Below are positions 7,973 to 16,829 of a DNA stretch of 64,000 bases, piece by piece. Under the pieces are notes generated by a model. That model was not told the origin of the DNA and did no database searches. It saw only the letters and a program-made list of their open reading frames with translations. The first letter of the stretch is position 1, and each line of letters begins with the position of its first letter. The position numbers and the translations under genes are program-made. The stretch spans positions 2,560,001 through 2,624,000 of the forward strand of contig CBDFIQ010000002.1 in the NCBI GenBank assembly GCA_965248195.1, in the 5' to 3' direction. This stretch comes from Longimicrobiales bacterium (GTDB lineage: Bacteria > Gemmatimonadota > Gemmatimonadetes > Longimicrobiales > Gaopeijiaceae).

Positions 7973-9277
7973 TCAGCGAGTGATCATGATCTGGTAGTCG
8001 GGATAGGATTCCATATTGTGCTCGGAGAGGTCCAAACCCCGACGTTCGTCCGCCTCGGACACACGGAGCCCCATCGTCGCCTTGATCACCGAGAAAATGA
8101 CGAACGCGGCGGTGAGGGCGAATGCGCCGTAGGCCAAGACCCCAATCAGTTGTGTGACGAAGGAGTGGTCGGGGCTGAAAATGCCCACCGCCAGGGTTCC
8201 CCAGATCCCGCACGTTAGATGCACCGAGATCGCTCCCACCGGATCATCCATCTTGATCCGGTCGACGAAAATCACCGAGAAGACCACCAACACACCGGCA
8301 ACCGCTCCGATGATCACCGAGTCCATGACGCTGACCACGTCCGCGCCCGCGGTGATCCCCACGAGACCCGCCAGCGCACCGTTGAGAACCATCGATAGGT
8401 CAGGATGCTTTTGGACGGTCCACGTCGTTATCATCGCCCCAACGATCCCCGCGCTGGCCGCAAGGCACGTCGTCACGAAGACCAAAGACACGAGCCCCGG
8501 ATCAGCGCTGAGGACGGACCCGCCGTTGAAGCCGAACCAGCCGAACCAGAGCAGGAACATTCCCGCGGCGGCCAGTGGAAGACTGTGTCCCGGGATCGGG
8601 TGGATTCCCCCGTTGACGTACTTCCCAAGGCGGGGACCAAGCAGGAACACGCCAGCAACTGCAGCCCATCCCCCGACCGAATGTACGAGCGTCGATCCTG
8701 CGAAGTCGTAGAAGCCTATCTCTTGGAGCCACCCGCCGCCCCACTTCCAAGAACCGACGAACGGGTATACCAGTCCGACATACACGGTGGCGAACACCAG
8801 GAACGAGGCCAGTTTGATGCGTTCGGCGACGGCTCCGGAGACGATGGTGGCCGCTGTCGCTGCGAACATGGCCTGGAAAATGAAGTCCGTCCAATAGGTG
8901 TATCCTTCACTGTACTCTGCAGTGAGACCGGCTGCGTCGGTCCCGATGCCAAAGCCGGCGAAGCCGAAGAAACCCCCCATCGAGAACTCCCCGGGATACA
9001 TCAGGTTGAAGCCCACGATGGCGTAGGTGAGCAATCCGATCGCGATAATGCTTACGTTCTTGAACAGGATGTTCACGGTGTTCTTGGACTGGGTCAGTCC
9101 TACCTCGAGGAAGGCAAACCCGAGGTGCATCATGAATACCAACAGCGTGGCAACGAGCATCCACGTGTTGTTGACCGTAAACATCGCGTCAGCCGCGGTC
9201 TGGGCCGCCGCCGGAGCGGGCGCTACCCCGGCGTAAAGCAGCGGAAGTATGAGAAATGATTTACGTGAAAGCTGCAT
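7973..9277 (-). CDS. amt: Ammonium transporter Amt, paralog 1
   Basis: FQAMFA, SGAVAER, DFAGSTLVHSVGG, WFGFNGGS and DDPVGAISVH motifs; N-terminal signal peptide. Confidence 0.95.
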   Translation of the reverse strand: MQLSRKSFLILPLLYAGVAPAPAAAQTAADAMFTVNNTWMLVATLLVFMMHLGFAFLEVGLTQSKNTVNILFKNVSIIAIGLLTYAIVGFNLMYPGEFSMGGFFGFAGFGIGTDAAGLTAEYSEGYTYWTDFIFQAMFAATAATIVSGAVAERIKLASFLVFATVYVGLVYPFVGSWKWGGGWLQEIGFYDFAGSTLVHSVGGWAAVAGVFLLGPRLGKYVNGGIHPIPGHSLPLAAAGMFLLWFGWFGFNGGSVLSADPGLVSLVFVTTCLAASAGIVGAMITTWTVQKHPDLSMVLNGALAGLVGITAGADVVSVMDSVIIGAVAGVLVVFSVIFVDRIKMDDPVGAISVHLTCGIWGTLAVGIFSPDHSFVTQLIGVLAYGAFALTAAFVIFSVIKATMGLRVSEADERRGLDLSEHNMESYPDYQIMITR

Positions 9278-9350
9278 GGGTGGTTTTTCCTCCATCCGGT
9301 CCCGTGGACAACTGCCTGCGCGAGACGCGCGTAGATAGGTACCGCTCCTT

Positions 9351-9366
9351 GGCAAAGCCTGTGCCA
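9351..9366 (-). promoter_or_regulatory. Sigma-54 -24/-12 promoter of amt1-PII
   Basis: Minus strand TGGCACAGGCTTTGCC. Confidence 0.85.
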
Positions 9367-9456
9367 GAAACCCAAGACCGGACAAATCCCTTTATCTATA
9401 TAGGGTAATTCCCATTTTGGGGGCCTTCGAGGGAGCGTCTTAGGGGGGCGAAAAAT

Positions 9457-9501
9457 CCTACTTTACGGTAGGACCAGGAGGGCAACCCACAAGAATGTAG
9501 G
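9457..9501. promoter_or_regulatory. Tandem palindromic activator sites CCTAC-N6-GTAGG
   Basis: CCTACTTTACGGTAGG at 9457-9472 and CCCACAAGAATGTAGG at 9486-9501. Confidence 0.75.
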
Positions 9502-9555
9502 CACGAGTTCGGAGGGATCAGGCCGATCCGTATTTCTCGACAGCCCCCGACCTCC

Positions 9556-9921
9556 TTAACCCGCCGCTGCAGCGACCACTGGCGTGACCGCCGCCGTATC
9601 CCGATCCCCGGTTCGGATCCGGTGGATCTGATCCACCGGACACACGAAGATCTTCCCGTCTCCAACCTCGCCCGTGCGGGCAGAACTAAGGATGGCCTCC
9701 ACGACCGTCTCGGTGAACCCCTCCGATACGCCGATGTCCAGCAGGACCTTCTCCTGCAGCTCCATCATGACCGTCGTTCCCCGGTAGGTCGCCACCCGAG
9801 TGGTCTCACCTCCGTGACCCTGGACCCGGGACACCGTGATTCCCCGCACATCGGCCTGAAATAGCGCCTTCAGTACGTCGTTCAGCTTTTCCGGGCGAAT
9901 GATCGCCTTGATCAACTTCAT
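9556..9921 (-). CDS. P-II nitrogen regulator (GlnK-like), paralog 2
   Basis: MKLIKAIIRPEKL, TYRG, ARTGEVGDGKIF and RIRTG motifs. Confidence 0.93.
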   Translation of the reverse strand: MKLIKAIIRPEKLNDVLKALFQADVRGITVSRVQGHGGETTRVATYRGTTVMMELQEKVLLDIGVSEGFTETVVEAILSSARTGEVGDGKIFVCPVDQIHRIRTGDRDTAAVTPVVAAAAG

Positions 9922-9945
9922 CTGGGTTTCCTCTCTGTGTGGGGT

Positions 9946-11361
9946 TCAGACTGTCTCCGAGTGCGCGGAAGCCGTGGAGCCCGACGGTGTTGTCCCGGGC
10001 GAGGACTCCGCGCCCGACCCACCATTCATCTCCTCGTCCAGGAGGAGGATGGCCCCGCTGCTGCTTGCGTACGCTTCTTCACCGTGGTTGAGGAGGTCCA
10101 TACCGCGGGCTTCCTCTCTCTCCGAAGGCCGAAGCGGGCTAACGAGTCCGATCACCTTCAGGATAATGAGCGTCATGATCCCACAGTAGACCGCGACGGC
10201 GACAATGGCGATCGCCTGTATGCCGACCTGACCGGGATTGCCAAAGAGGAGCCCGTCGGCCCCGCCGACCGCAGCGCTGGCGAAGACGCCGGTGAGGATC
10301 GCGCCGCTCATACCGCCTATCCCGTGCGCCGCGAACACGTCGAGGGAGTCATCGAGGCGGGTGCGCGCACGCCATTGCAGGATCGCGTAGCTGGGAACGG
10401 CCGCGATGGCGCCCAGCAGCAGCGCAAATACAGGAGAGATGAACCCCGACGCCGGCGTGATCGCTACCAATCCCACAACGATTGCGGTCGCTACGCCCAC
10501 TGCGGTGACGTTCCCGGTACGGAAGTAGTCCAGCAGCGCCCACACGACGAGCGCCGCGGCAGGGGCCACAAGGGTATTCACGAAGGCCAGCGCCGCGATG
10601 CCGTCCGCGGCAAGGGCGCTCCCACCATTAAATCCGAACCACCCGAACCAGAGGAGCCCCGCGCCGAGGAGCACAAACGGAACGTTGTGCGGCAGCAGTG
10701 CGGTTCGCGCGTACTCATGTCGGCTTCCCAACACGAGGGCGGCCACGAGTGCGGCAACTCCCGCGTTGACATGCACGACCGTTCCGCCCGCGAAGTCCAG
10801 CGCACCCATCTCGCCCAACCATCCTCCACCCCAGACCCAGTGTGCTACGGGCGCGTAGACCCCGAGGCCCCAGATCGCGATGAAGGCCACGTAGGGCACG
10901 AAGCGCATACGACCGATCAGAGCGCCGGAGATGAGCGCCGCAGTGATAATGGCGAAAGTTGCCTGGAACGCCATGAAGAGCATGTGGGGGATCGTGCCGT
11001 TGGGCTCGGTGTCGACTCCGCGCAGCAGCGCCATCGAGAAGTCACCCACAAGGCTGTTCCCTTCTCCGAAAGCGAGCGAGTACGCCAGCACCGCCCAGAG
11101 CACCATTGACACGCCGAGCGCGACGAAGCTCATCATCATCGTGTTCAAGGCGTTCCTGGAGTTCACGAGGCCGCCATAGAAAAAGGCGAGCCCCGGGGTC
11201 ATGAGGAGAACCAACGCCGTCGAAATCAGCATCCAACTGGTGTCGGCTCCCGAGATCGCGCCCTCAGCCGCCTCCTGGGCCGCCACCGCAGGGGGCGCTC
11301 CCGCGGCGTACAGCAGCGGAAGAACGAACAGAATGAGTAGTGATTTGTGTGAGAGCTGCAT
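9946..11361 (-). CDS. amtB: Ammonium transporter AmtB, paralog 2
   Basis: PGLAFFYGG, DFAGGTVVH, WFGFNGGS and DDSLDVFAAHG motifs; signal peptide. Confidence 0.95.
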   Translation of the reverse strand: MQLSHKSLLILFVLPLLYAAGAPPAVAAQEAAEGAISGADTSWMLISTALVLLMTPGLAFFYGGLVNSRNALNTMMMSFVALGVSMVLWAVLAYSLAFGEGNSLVGDFSMALLRGVDTEPNGTIPHMLFMAFQATFAIITAALISGALIGRMRFVPYVAFIAIWGLGVYAPVAHWVWGGGWLGEMGALDFAGGTVVHVNAGVAALVAALVLGSRHEYARTALLPHNVPFVLLGAGLLWFGWFGFNGGSALAADGIAALAFVNTLVAPAAALVVWALLDYFRTGNVTAVGVATAIVVGLVAITPASGFISPVFALLLGAIAAVPSYAILQWRARTRLDDSLDVFAAHGIGGMSGAILTGVFASAAVGGADGLLFGNPGQVGIQAIAIVAVAVYCGIMTLIILKVIGLVSPLRPSEREEARGMDLLNHGEEAYASSSGAILLLDEEMNGGSGAESSPGTTPSGSTASAHSETV

Positions 11362-11431
11362 GGGTGGTCTTTCCTCCAGTCGGTCCTCGGGGCAACTGCA
11401 TGCGCTAAGACCCGCACATGGAGCCGCCATT

Positions 11432-11447
11432 GGCAAGGCGTGTGCCA
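11432..11447 (-). promoter_or_regulatory. Sigma-54 promoter of amtB-PII
   Basis: Minus strand TGGCACACGCCTTGCC. Confidence 0.85.
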
Positions 11448-11534
11448 TTGAAGCCAAAACTGGATGAAATCCTTATTTTACAAGACGATTCCCCGTTCGT
11501 AGGCTTTCAAGGGAGAATCTCGGGGGCGCAAAAT

Positions 11535-11580
11535 CCTACACTCCGGTAGGGATCGAGAGGGGAACCTACAAAAATGTAGG
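11535..11580. promoter_or_regulatory. Tandem palindromic activator sites
   Basis: CCTACACTCCGGTAGG at 11535-11550 and CCTACAAAAATGTAGG at 11565-11580. Confidence 0.8.
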
Positions 11581-11595
11581 CATGCCCCGGAGCGA

Positions 11596-13113
11596 TCAGC
11601 TCAGGCCGTATTTCTCGACACGAAGGCCCATGATCCGCTCGGTAATGCCAAGCTCCCGGGCGGCGGCGGCGCGGTTGCCCTTTTTCACCTTGAGGGCGTC
11701 GATGATCAGCTCTTTTTCCAGAACGTCCAGCTGCACATTGAGGGGTCCGGACCGCCCCTCGTCGACCTTGGCCATCTGAAGGCTGGGCGGGAGCAACCGA
11801 GCGTGGATGACCGGTCCATCGGCGAGCAATACCGCCCGCTCGATGGCGTTCTCCAACTCTCTGACATTTCCCGGCCAATGATAGGCCATCAATAGATCGA
11901 TCGCGGGCGTCGATAGCCGTACGATGGACCGCTCGTACCTCCGCCCGTACTTCTCGATGAAGTGATCCGCCAAGAGAATGATGTCGGTACGGCGCTCCCG
12001 CAGCGGCGGCACATGAATCGGAAACACGTTGAGGCGATAGTAGAGATCGGCCCGGAACCGACCCACTTCCATGTCCCGCTCGAGGGGACGGTTGCTCGCG
12101 GCGACAACACGGACGTCGGTCTTCAACACCGTGCTGCTACCGACCCGCTCGAACTCCCGCTCCTGTAGGACTCGGAGAAGCCGGAGTTGGATCGCACCCG
12201 TGAGGTCACCGATTTCATCGAGGAAGATGGTTCCTCCCGACGCACGTTCGAACCGCCCCTCTCTCTGCTGCACGGCACCGCTGAACGCACCTTTTTCGTG
12301 GCCGAAGAGTTCACTCTCGATAAGGCTCTCCGGAAGGGCAGCGCAGTTGACCCGTACGAAGGGGCCCTCCGACCGTCGACTCCCGTAGTGAACCGCCTGC
12401 GCGATGAGTTCCTTTCCTGTGCCACTTTCACCCCGAATCAGGACCGTAGCATCGCTTTGGGCGACCTGGCCAATCATCTCGTACACCGGCGCCATTTCGC
12501 GGGAATTGCCCACGATGTTGGACGGCTGGTAACGGTCGGCAAGCTCCCTCCGCAGACGCTGGTTCTCCTCCATCAACGCCTTCTCTTCTTCGGCGAACTG
12601 GCCGAGGCGTACGACGTGGGCAATGAGAGAAGCGAGGATCGAAAGGATGCGGATGTCCTCGTCGAAAGAGTTATCGGGCCCGTACGGCCGCTCGGCGCTC
12701 AGAGCCCCGATCGTCTCATTCCCCAGCCGAACCGGTACGCACACGAAGGCCGTCTCCATCCCCGGGCGATCCTTCAGAGGACGGGCCCGGCCCAGGAAAA
12801 GCGGCTCGGCGGCGATGGACGGGACGACAACCGGCTCGCCCGTTTGTACGACGCGCCCCGTGATCCCCTCGCCCAAGCGGTATCTCCCGCGCTCCCGCTG
12901 GTCGGCGGAGAGTCCGATCGCCTCGTGAACCAGGATTTCTGACGTCCGGCGGTTCAGCACGGTTAGCGTCGCGCACTCCACATCCATATGGTGAGAAAGT
13001 GCCTCGAGAATCGGCTTCATGGACGTACTCAAGTCCGAAGCCTCATCGAGGAGGGTGCTGGCTTCGTGAAGAAGCGACAGCGACTGGGATTGTCCGATAG
13101 CATCCGCCAACAT
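11596..13113 (-). CDS. NifA-like sigma-54-dependent activator (GAF-AAA+-Fis HTH)
   Basis: GAF (GEGITGRVV), Walker [40 protein letters not shown] and C-terminal HTH; start uncertain. Confidence 0.92.
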   Translation of the reverse strand: MLADAIGQSQSLSLLHEASTLLDEASDLSTSMKPILEALSHHMDVECATLTVLNRRTSEILVHEAIGLSADQRERGRYRLGEGITGRVVQTGEPVVVPSIAAEPLFLGRARPLKDRPGMETAFVCVPVRLGNETIGALSAERPYGPDNSFDEDIRILSILASLIAHVVRLGQFAEEEKALMEENQRLRRELADRYQPSNIVGNSREMAPVYEMIGQVAQSDATVLIRGESGTGKELIAQAVHYGSRRSEGPFVRVNCAALPESLIESELFGHEKGAFSGAVQQREGRFERASGGTIFLDEIGDLTGAIQLRLLRVLQEREFERVGSSTVLKTDVRVVAASNRPLERDMEVGRFRADLYYRLNVFPIHVPPLRERRTDIILLADHFIEKYGRRYERSIVRLSTPAIDLLMAYHWPGNVRELENAIERAVLLADGPVIHARLLPPSLQMAKVDEGRSGPLNVQLDVLEKELIIDALKVKKGNRAAAARELGITERIMGLRVEKYGLS

Positions 13114-13212
13114 CGACCCTGTCCTACCTGCTCGAGCAGGGCCCACAGAGCCCGCCGCCGCCAAGCCAACGACGGGGGGCCTCACAGGGCCGGGTGGGTA
13201 TGAAGCCACCAA

Positions 13213-13228
13213 GCTACATAAATGTAGG
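13213..13228. promoter_or_regulatory. Single activator-type palindrome upstream of the regulator
   Basis: GCTACATAAATGTAGG. Confidence 0.65.
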
Positions 13229-13283
13229 GGTCAGCGCACAGGGGGTGTGCTTCAGTAGGGTCGAAAGGTCTAGTCATTCTCCG

Positions 13284-13330
13284 AAAAAAAGCGGGGCTGC
13301 TCGATCCGCTAACGGATCAGTGCAGCCCCG
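13284..13330 (-). terminator. Intrinsic terminator after the porin gene
   Basis: CGGGGCTGC...GCAGCCCCG hairpin followed by T7 on the minus strand. Confidence 0.8.
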
Positions 13331-13354
13331 GCCAAGGTTAAAAACAGTGCCAAC

Positions 13355-14050
13355 CTAGTTGAGCGCGAAGGTCTTGCCCACGCCGAAGACAAGGGTGAGC
13401 TCCGTCGTAGGTGCCCCGGTCTCGTCGACTTCGCCCGAGAGGAGTCGGTCGTTCCAGATGCCCGAAATGGTGAAGTCGAGATCCGCGGCTGAGAATCCGT
13501 ACCCCGCTTCCACGTACTGCCGACCCACCTCACTGGTGAACATGTCACTAAACGCGTCGCCAAAGTCGGGGGCGAAAGCAATGCTCCCGACCGTCGCGAA
13601 CAACCCCTCGTGCTCGCCCGAGACCCCGATGAAGTTGTACTTCGGGTGTGGGACGCCGGTCCTATACTGACCGAAGGAGTACTCGATCGAGATCGGCCCC
13701 AACCCCACCCCTAGGTTGACCTCCAGGTACGTATCGTCGAATTGCCCGGTATAGAAATACCCAGTCCCGCCCAGGCTAACGCTGACGTCCTCGTTGATGT
13801 CGTAACCGTAACTCGCAAACAAGTCGACCTCCGTTCCGTCTCCCACGTCCGCGGCCCACGTTCCCGCGGAGAAGTCGGTCACCGCCACGTCCAACCCGGC
13901 GCTCGCGGAAGAAGTCTTCTGCAGGAGCCCCCGGTAGTAATACTGGCTGACCCAACCCGCGTTGGCCGTCACTTCGGCCTGCTGGGCTGCACCCACCAGA
14001 GGCGTAACCACAACCGCAACCAACGCCACCGCACCTATGCTCATTTTCAT
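13355..14050 (-). CDS. TorF/TIGR02001-like outer-membrane beta-barrel (putative porin)
   Basis: Signal peptide; ANAGWVSQYYYRG and EVDLFASYG motifs; C-terminal FGVGKTF strand. Confidence 0.75.
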   Translation of the reverse strand: MKMSIGAVALVAVVVTPLVGAAQQAEVTANAGWVSQYYYRGLLQKTSSASAGLDVAVTDFSAGTWAADVGDGTEVDLFASYGYDINEDVSVSLGGTGYFYTGQFDDTYLEVNLGVGLGPISIEYSFGQYRTGVPHPKYNFIGVSGEHEGLFATVGSIAFAPDFGDAFSDMFTSEVGRQYVEAGYGFSAADLDFTISGIWNDRLLSGEVDETGAPTTELTLVFGVGKTFALN

Positions 14051-14137
14051 CCGTTAATCTCCGTAAGACGTGATGGAGCGTACTCGAGCGGCGACGTCCA
14101 CCATTCGGGCGACTCCAGGACTATCGAGCCGATACGA

Positions 14138-14153
14138 TGCGAGTCTCGTGCCA
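14138..14153 (-). promoter_or_regulatory. Sigma-54 promoter of the porin gene
   Basis: Minus strand TGGCACGAGACTCGCA. Confidence 0.75.
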
Positions 14154-14244
14154 TGAATAAACGAGCCGACGCCCAAAACACGCTATCGCGTTGGGGGACA
14201 ACAACGTGGCTTCTTTGGGCCACGGAAGATCGTGCGGTTTCCAT

Positions 14245-14289
14245 CATACGAGACCGTGGGACCGTCGCAATTTCCTACCAAGATGTAGG
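14245..14289. promoter_or_regulatory. Tandem activator sites upstream of the porin
   Basis: Degenerate CATACGAGACCGTGGG at 14245-14260 and CCTACCAAGATGTAGG at 14274-14289. Confidence 0.7.
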
Positions 14290-14307
14290 ATCCCGCCAGC
14301 CCCTCGA

Positions 14308-15618
14308 TTACATGGCCGTCAGAACCTCCCGGAGCTTCCCCAAAGCCTCGGCGGCCTGGGCCTCGGAAAACACCAGGGGTGGCCGGAGGCGAATGGACCG
14401 CGGCCCGCACGAAAGGATCGCGAGGCCTTGGTCCCAGCATCCCTGGAGGACCCGGCCACGCACGTCTCCGTCTTTTAAGTCGAAGGCCACGAGCAGCCCC
14501 CTGCCCCGCACATTCGAGACGCTTTCGAATTCCCCGGCCAGGGCTTCCAGCCCCTCCTTGAGGGCGGCCCCCACCCGGGCGGCGTTTTCCACGAGGCCGT
14601 CCTCCTGGATGATCTCCAGGTAGCGGACACACCGGACCATGTCCGTGAGGTTTCCACCCCACGTGGAGTTGATGCGGCTCGATACGTGGAAGACGTTGGA
14701 CTCGATTTCGTCGATCCGCCGTGTGCTCATCATGCCACAGACCTGAGTTTTCTTTCCGAACGCGATCAGGTCGGGCACGACACCGGTCTGCTCGTAGGCC
14801 CACATCGTCCCTGTCGCGCCCAAACCCGTCTGAACCTCATCGAAGATCAGGAGCGCCTCGAAACGGTCCGCGTATTCCCGGAGCTTGGCGAAGAACTCGG
14901 GCCGAAAGTGATGGTCGCCACCCTCCGCCTGGATGGGCTCGATGAGGATTGCGGCGATGGCATGCGGATCACGCTCGAACGCAGCCTCAATTTCCGCGCA
15001 CGCGGTCGCCTCCTTGGCCGCGACGGCCTCGTCATCGAGCGGGAAGTCTATGTACGGGCTGGAAATCCGAGGCCAATCGAACTGCGGGAAATCATCCGTC
15101 TTGGTCGGATCCGTATTGGTGACCGAAAGCGTATAGCCCGTCCGTCCGTGAAAGGCGTCCCGGAAGTGGAGAATCTTGTCCGCTCCGCCCTCGACGCCAC
15201 GCGCCCGGTTCTTCTGAGCCTTCCAATCGAAGGCGGCCTTCATGGTATTCTCCACCGCGAGCCCACCGCCCGCGACAAAAAAGAGGTACCGGAATTCGTC
15301 CGGAGCTGCCAGAGCCCGGAACGTTTTTACGAAAGCCCCAAACTCCCGGGAATACATGTCACTGTTCGACGGATTGGACAGGGCCGCGGTCATGAGAGAC
15401 TCCCGGAATCCCTCGTCCCTCAACTTGGGATGACTGTGACCCACTGGGAGGGTGGCGAAGAATCCGTAACAATCCAGATACTCCTTCCCTTCCAGCGCAT
15501 CGACGATGACTGCGTCGTGGGATTTTTCGAGATCGATCACCACGTGAAATCCGTCCACGAGAATGTTTTCTTTCAGGACCGAGAAAACCTGGTCGGCCGG
15601 GATTTCGACCTTGGGCAT
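14308..15618 (-). CDS. lat: L-lysine 6-transaminase (class III PLP)
   Basis: ILVDGF, AFHGRTGY, EPIQAEGGD, FDEVQTG, AFGKKTQVCG and SRINSTWGGN motifs. Confidence 0.9.
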   Translation of the reverse strand: MPKVEIPADQVFSVLKENILVDGFHVVIDLEKSHDAVIVDALEGKEYLDCYGFFATLPVGHSHPKLRDEGFRESLMTAALSNPSNSDMYSREFGAFVKTFRALAAPDEFRYLFFVAGGGLAVENTMKAAFDWKAQKNRARGVEGGADKILHFRDAFHGRTGYTLSVTNTDPTKTDDFPQFDWPRISSPYIDFPLDDEAVAAKEATACAEIEAAFERDPHAIAAILIEPIQAEGGDHHFRPEFFAKLREYADRFEALLIFDEVQTGLGATGTMWAYEQTGVVPDLIAFGKKTQVCGMMSTRRIDEIESNVFHVSSRINSTWGGNLTDMVRCVRYLEIIQEDGLVENAARVGAALKEGLEALAGEFESVSNVRGRGLLVAFDLKDGDVRGRVLQGCWDQGLAILSCGPRSIRLRPPLVFSEAQAAEALGKLREVLTAM

Positions 15619-15902
15619 GTCGCTTTCCTAGAAAGTTCGGTTCGAAACGCGAAGGCAGCGAGAACGAAGACGGCGAGAACACGGAGAGCTGGCAGGACTA
15701 TGAAATCCGGTGTCGACACGACACCAGCCGCCGAGTTCAGTCCCGGCGGGGGTCAGGCGGAGCGAAAATTGCCGGTCGGGCGTCGACAGGGCGTAGTGTC
15801 ATAGTGGATTTAATCTAGTGTGGTTTTGCAGAAGTGTCTCGGCCAGACTAGCCTTTACGGGATCGCTCGAACCCCAGGCCTTTCACCGACACGGAACTTT
15901 CC

Positions 15903-16829
15903 TTGACGACCGCCACCAAAGTGCCGGACGCCCGAGAGGCAGGACCGGTAATACCGGGGATCTTGGTCGATCCCGAATGGTTGGAGAACCACATCGGTGA
16001 TCCGCGTGTGCGGATCGTGGATCTCCGGGATCGGGAAGCGTATGCCGGAGGGCATATTCCCGGGACCGTCCAGTTGGATCTCGAAGACCTGGGCGAGAAC
16101 CGGGACGGGTGCGATAACGTGGTATTAGGCCCGGCCGAATTCGAACGCCTCATGGCGCGGCTGGGGATCTCCAAGCGCGACACCGTGGTGGCGTACGATG
16201 ACCACTGGGGTTTACCCTCCGCCCGGCTAGTCTGGGCTCTGCACTACTACGGGGAACGGTCGGTCGGCGTGTTGAACGGTGGTTGGGACCGATGGCAGGA
16301 GGAGGGACGGCCCGTGACGGACGGGCCCGCGACGGATGGGCCCATGACCCATGCGTCCGTGACGGATGATCCCGTGACCGATACGTCCGTGACGGATGGG
16401 CCACGGTCAGACGGCACTGCACTAGAGCACACCGACGGCTTCAAGGCGCGCCCGACGTCTGACGTGGCCGCCGACTACGAGTGGATCTCCCGCGGGGTGG
16501 CTCGCGGCGGCGTCGTCCTGCTGGACACACGGTCCGACGTCGAGTTCACTCAGGGGCACTTGCCCGGGGCAATATCCTGGGATTGGTTCAACGCGGTCCC
16601 CGCCGGTTCCTGGGAGTGCTCGAGGGACCCTGGCGCGCTTCGGTCGGAGCTGGAGGCGCTCGGCGTGCATCCATCCGACGAGGTGGTCGCCTACTGTAGA
16701 TCGGGCATGCGGGCGGCGCACACGTACGTCGTGCTCCGGCACGCCGGCTTCGCACGTGTACGATTGTACGACGGTTCCTGGCAGGAGTGGAGCATAAAAA
16801 GCACGCTCGGCCATCCGAGAGAAGGATGA
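15903..16829 (+). CDS. Tandem-domain rhodanese/sulfurtransferase (cytoplasmic)
   Basis: GHIPG, LNGG, active site YCRSGMRA, LYDGSWQEW; no signal peptide. Confidence 0.9.
   Translation: MTTATKVPDAREAGPVIPGILVDPEWLENHIGDPRVRIVDLRDREAYAGGHIPGTVQLDLEDLGENRDGCDNVVLGPAEFERLMARLGISKRDTVVAYDDHWGLPSARLVWALHYYGERSVGVLNGGWDRWQEEGRPVTDGPATDGPMTHASVTDDPVTDTSVTDGPRSDGTALEHTDGFKARPTSDVAADYEWISRGVARGGVVLLDTRSDVEFTQGHLPGAISWDWFNAVPAGSWECSRDPGALRSELEALGVHPSDEVVAYCRSGMRAAHTYVVLRHAGFARVRLYDGSWQEWSIKSTLGHPREG
16311..16400 (+). repeat. Six degenerate 15-bp tandem repeats in the rhodanese linker
   Basis: Units cccgtgacggacggg, cccgcgacggatggg, cccatgacccatgcg, tccgtgacggatgat, cccgtgaccgatacg, tccgtgacggatggg. Confidence 0.85.

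Noticed and set aside
11596..13113. Nitrogen fixation (true nifA)
   Set aside because: No nif genes in the window, and the upstream sites differ from the NifA consensus
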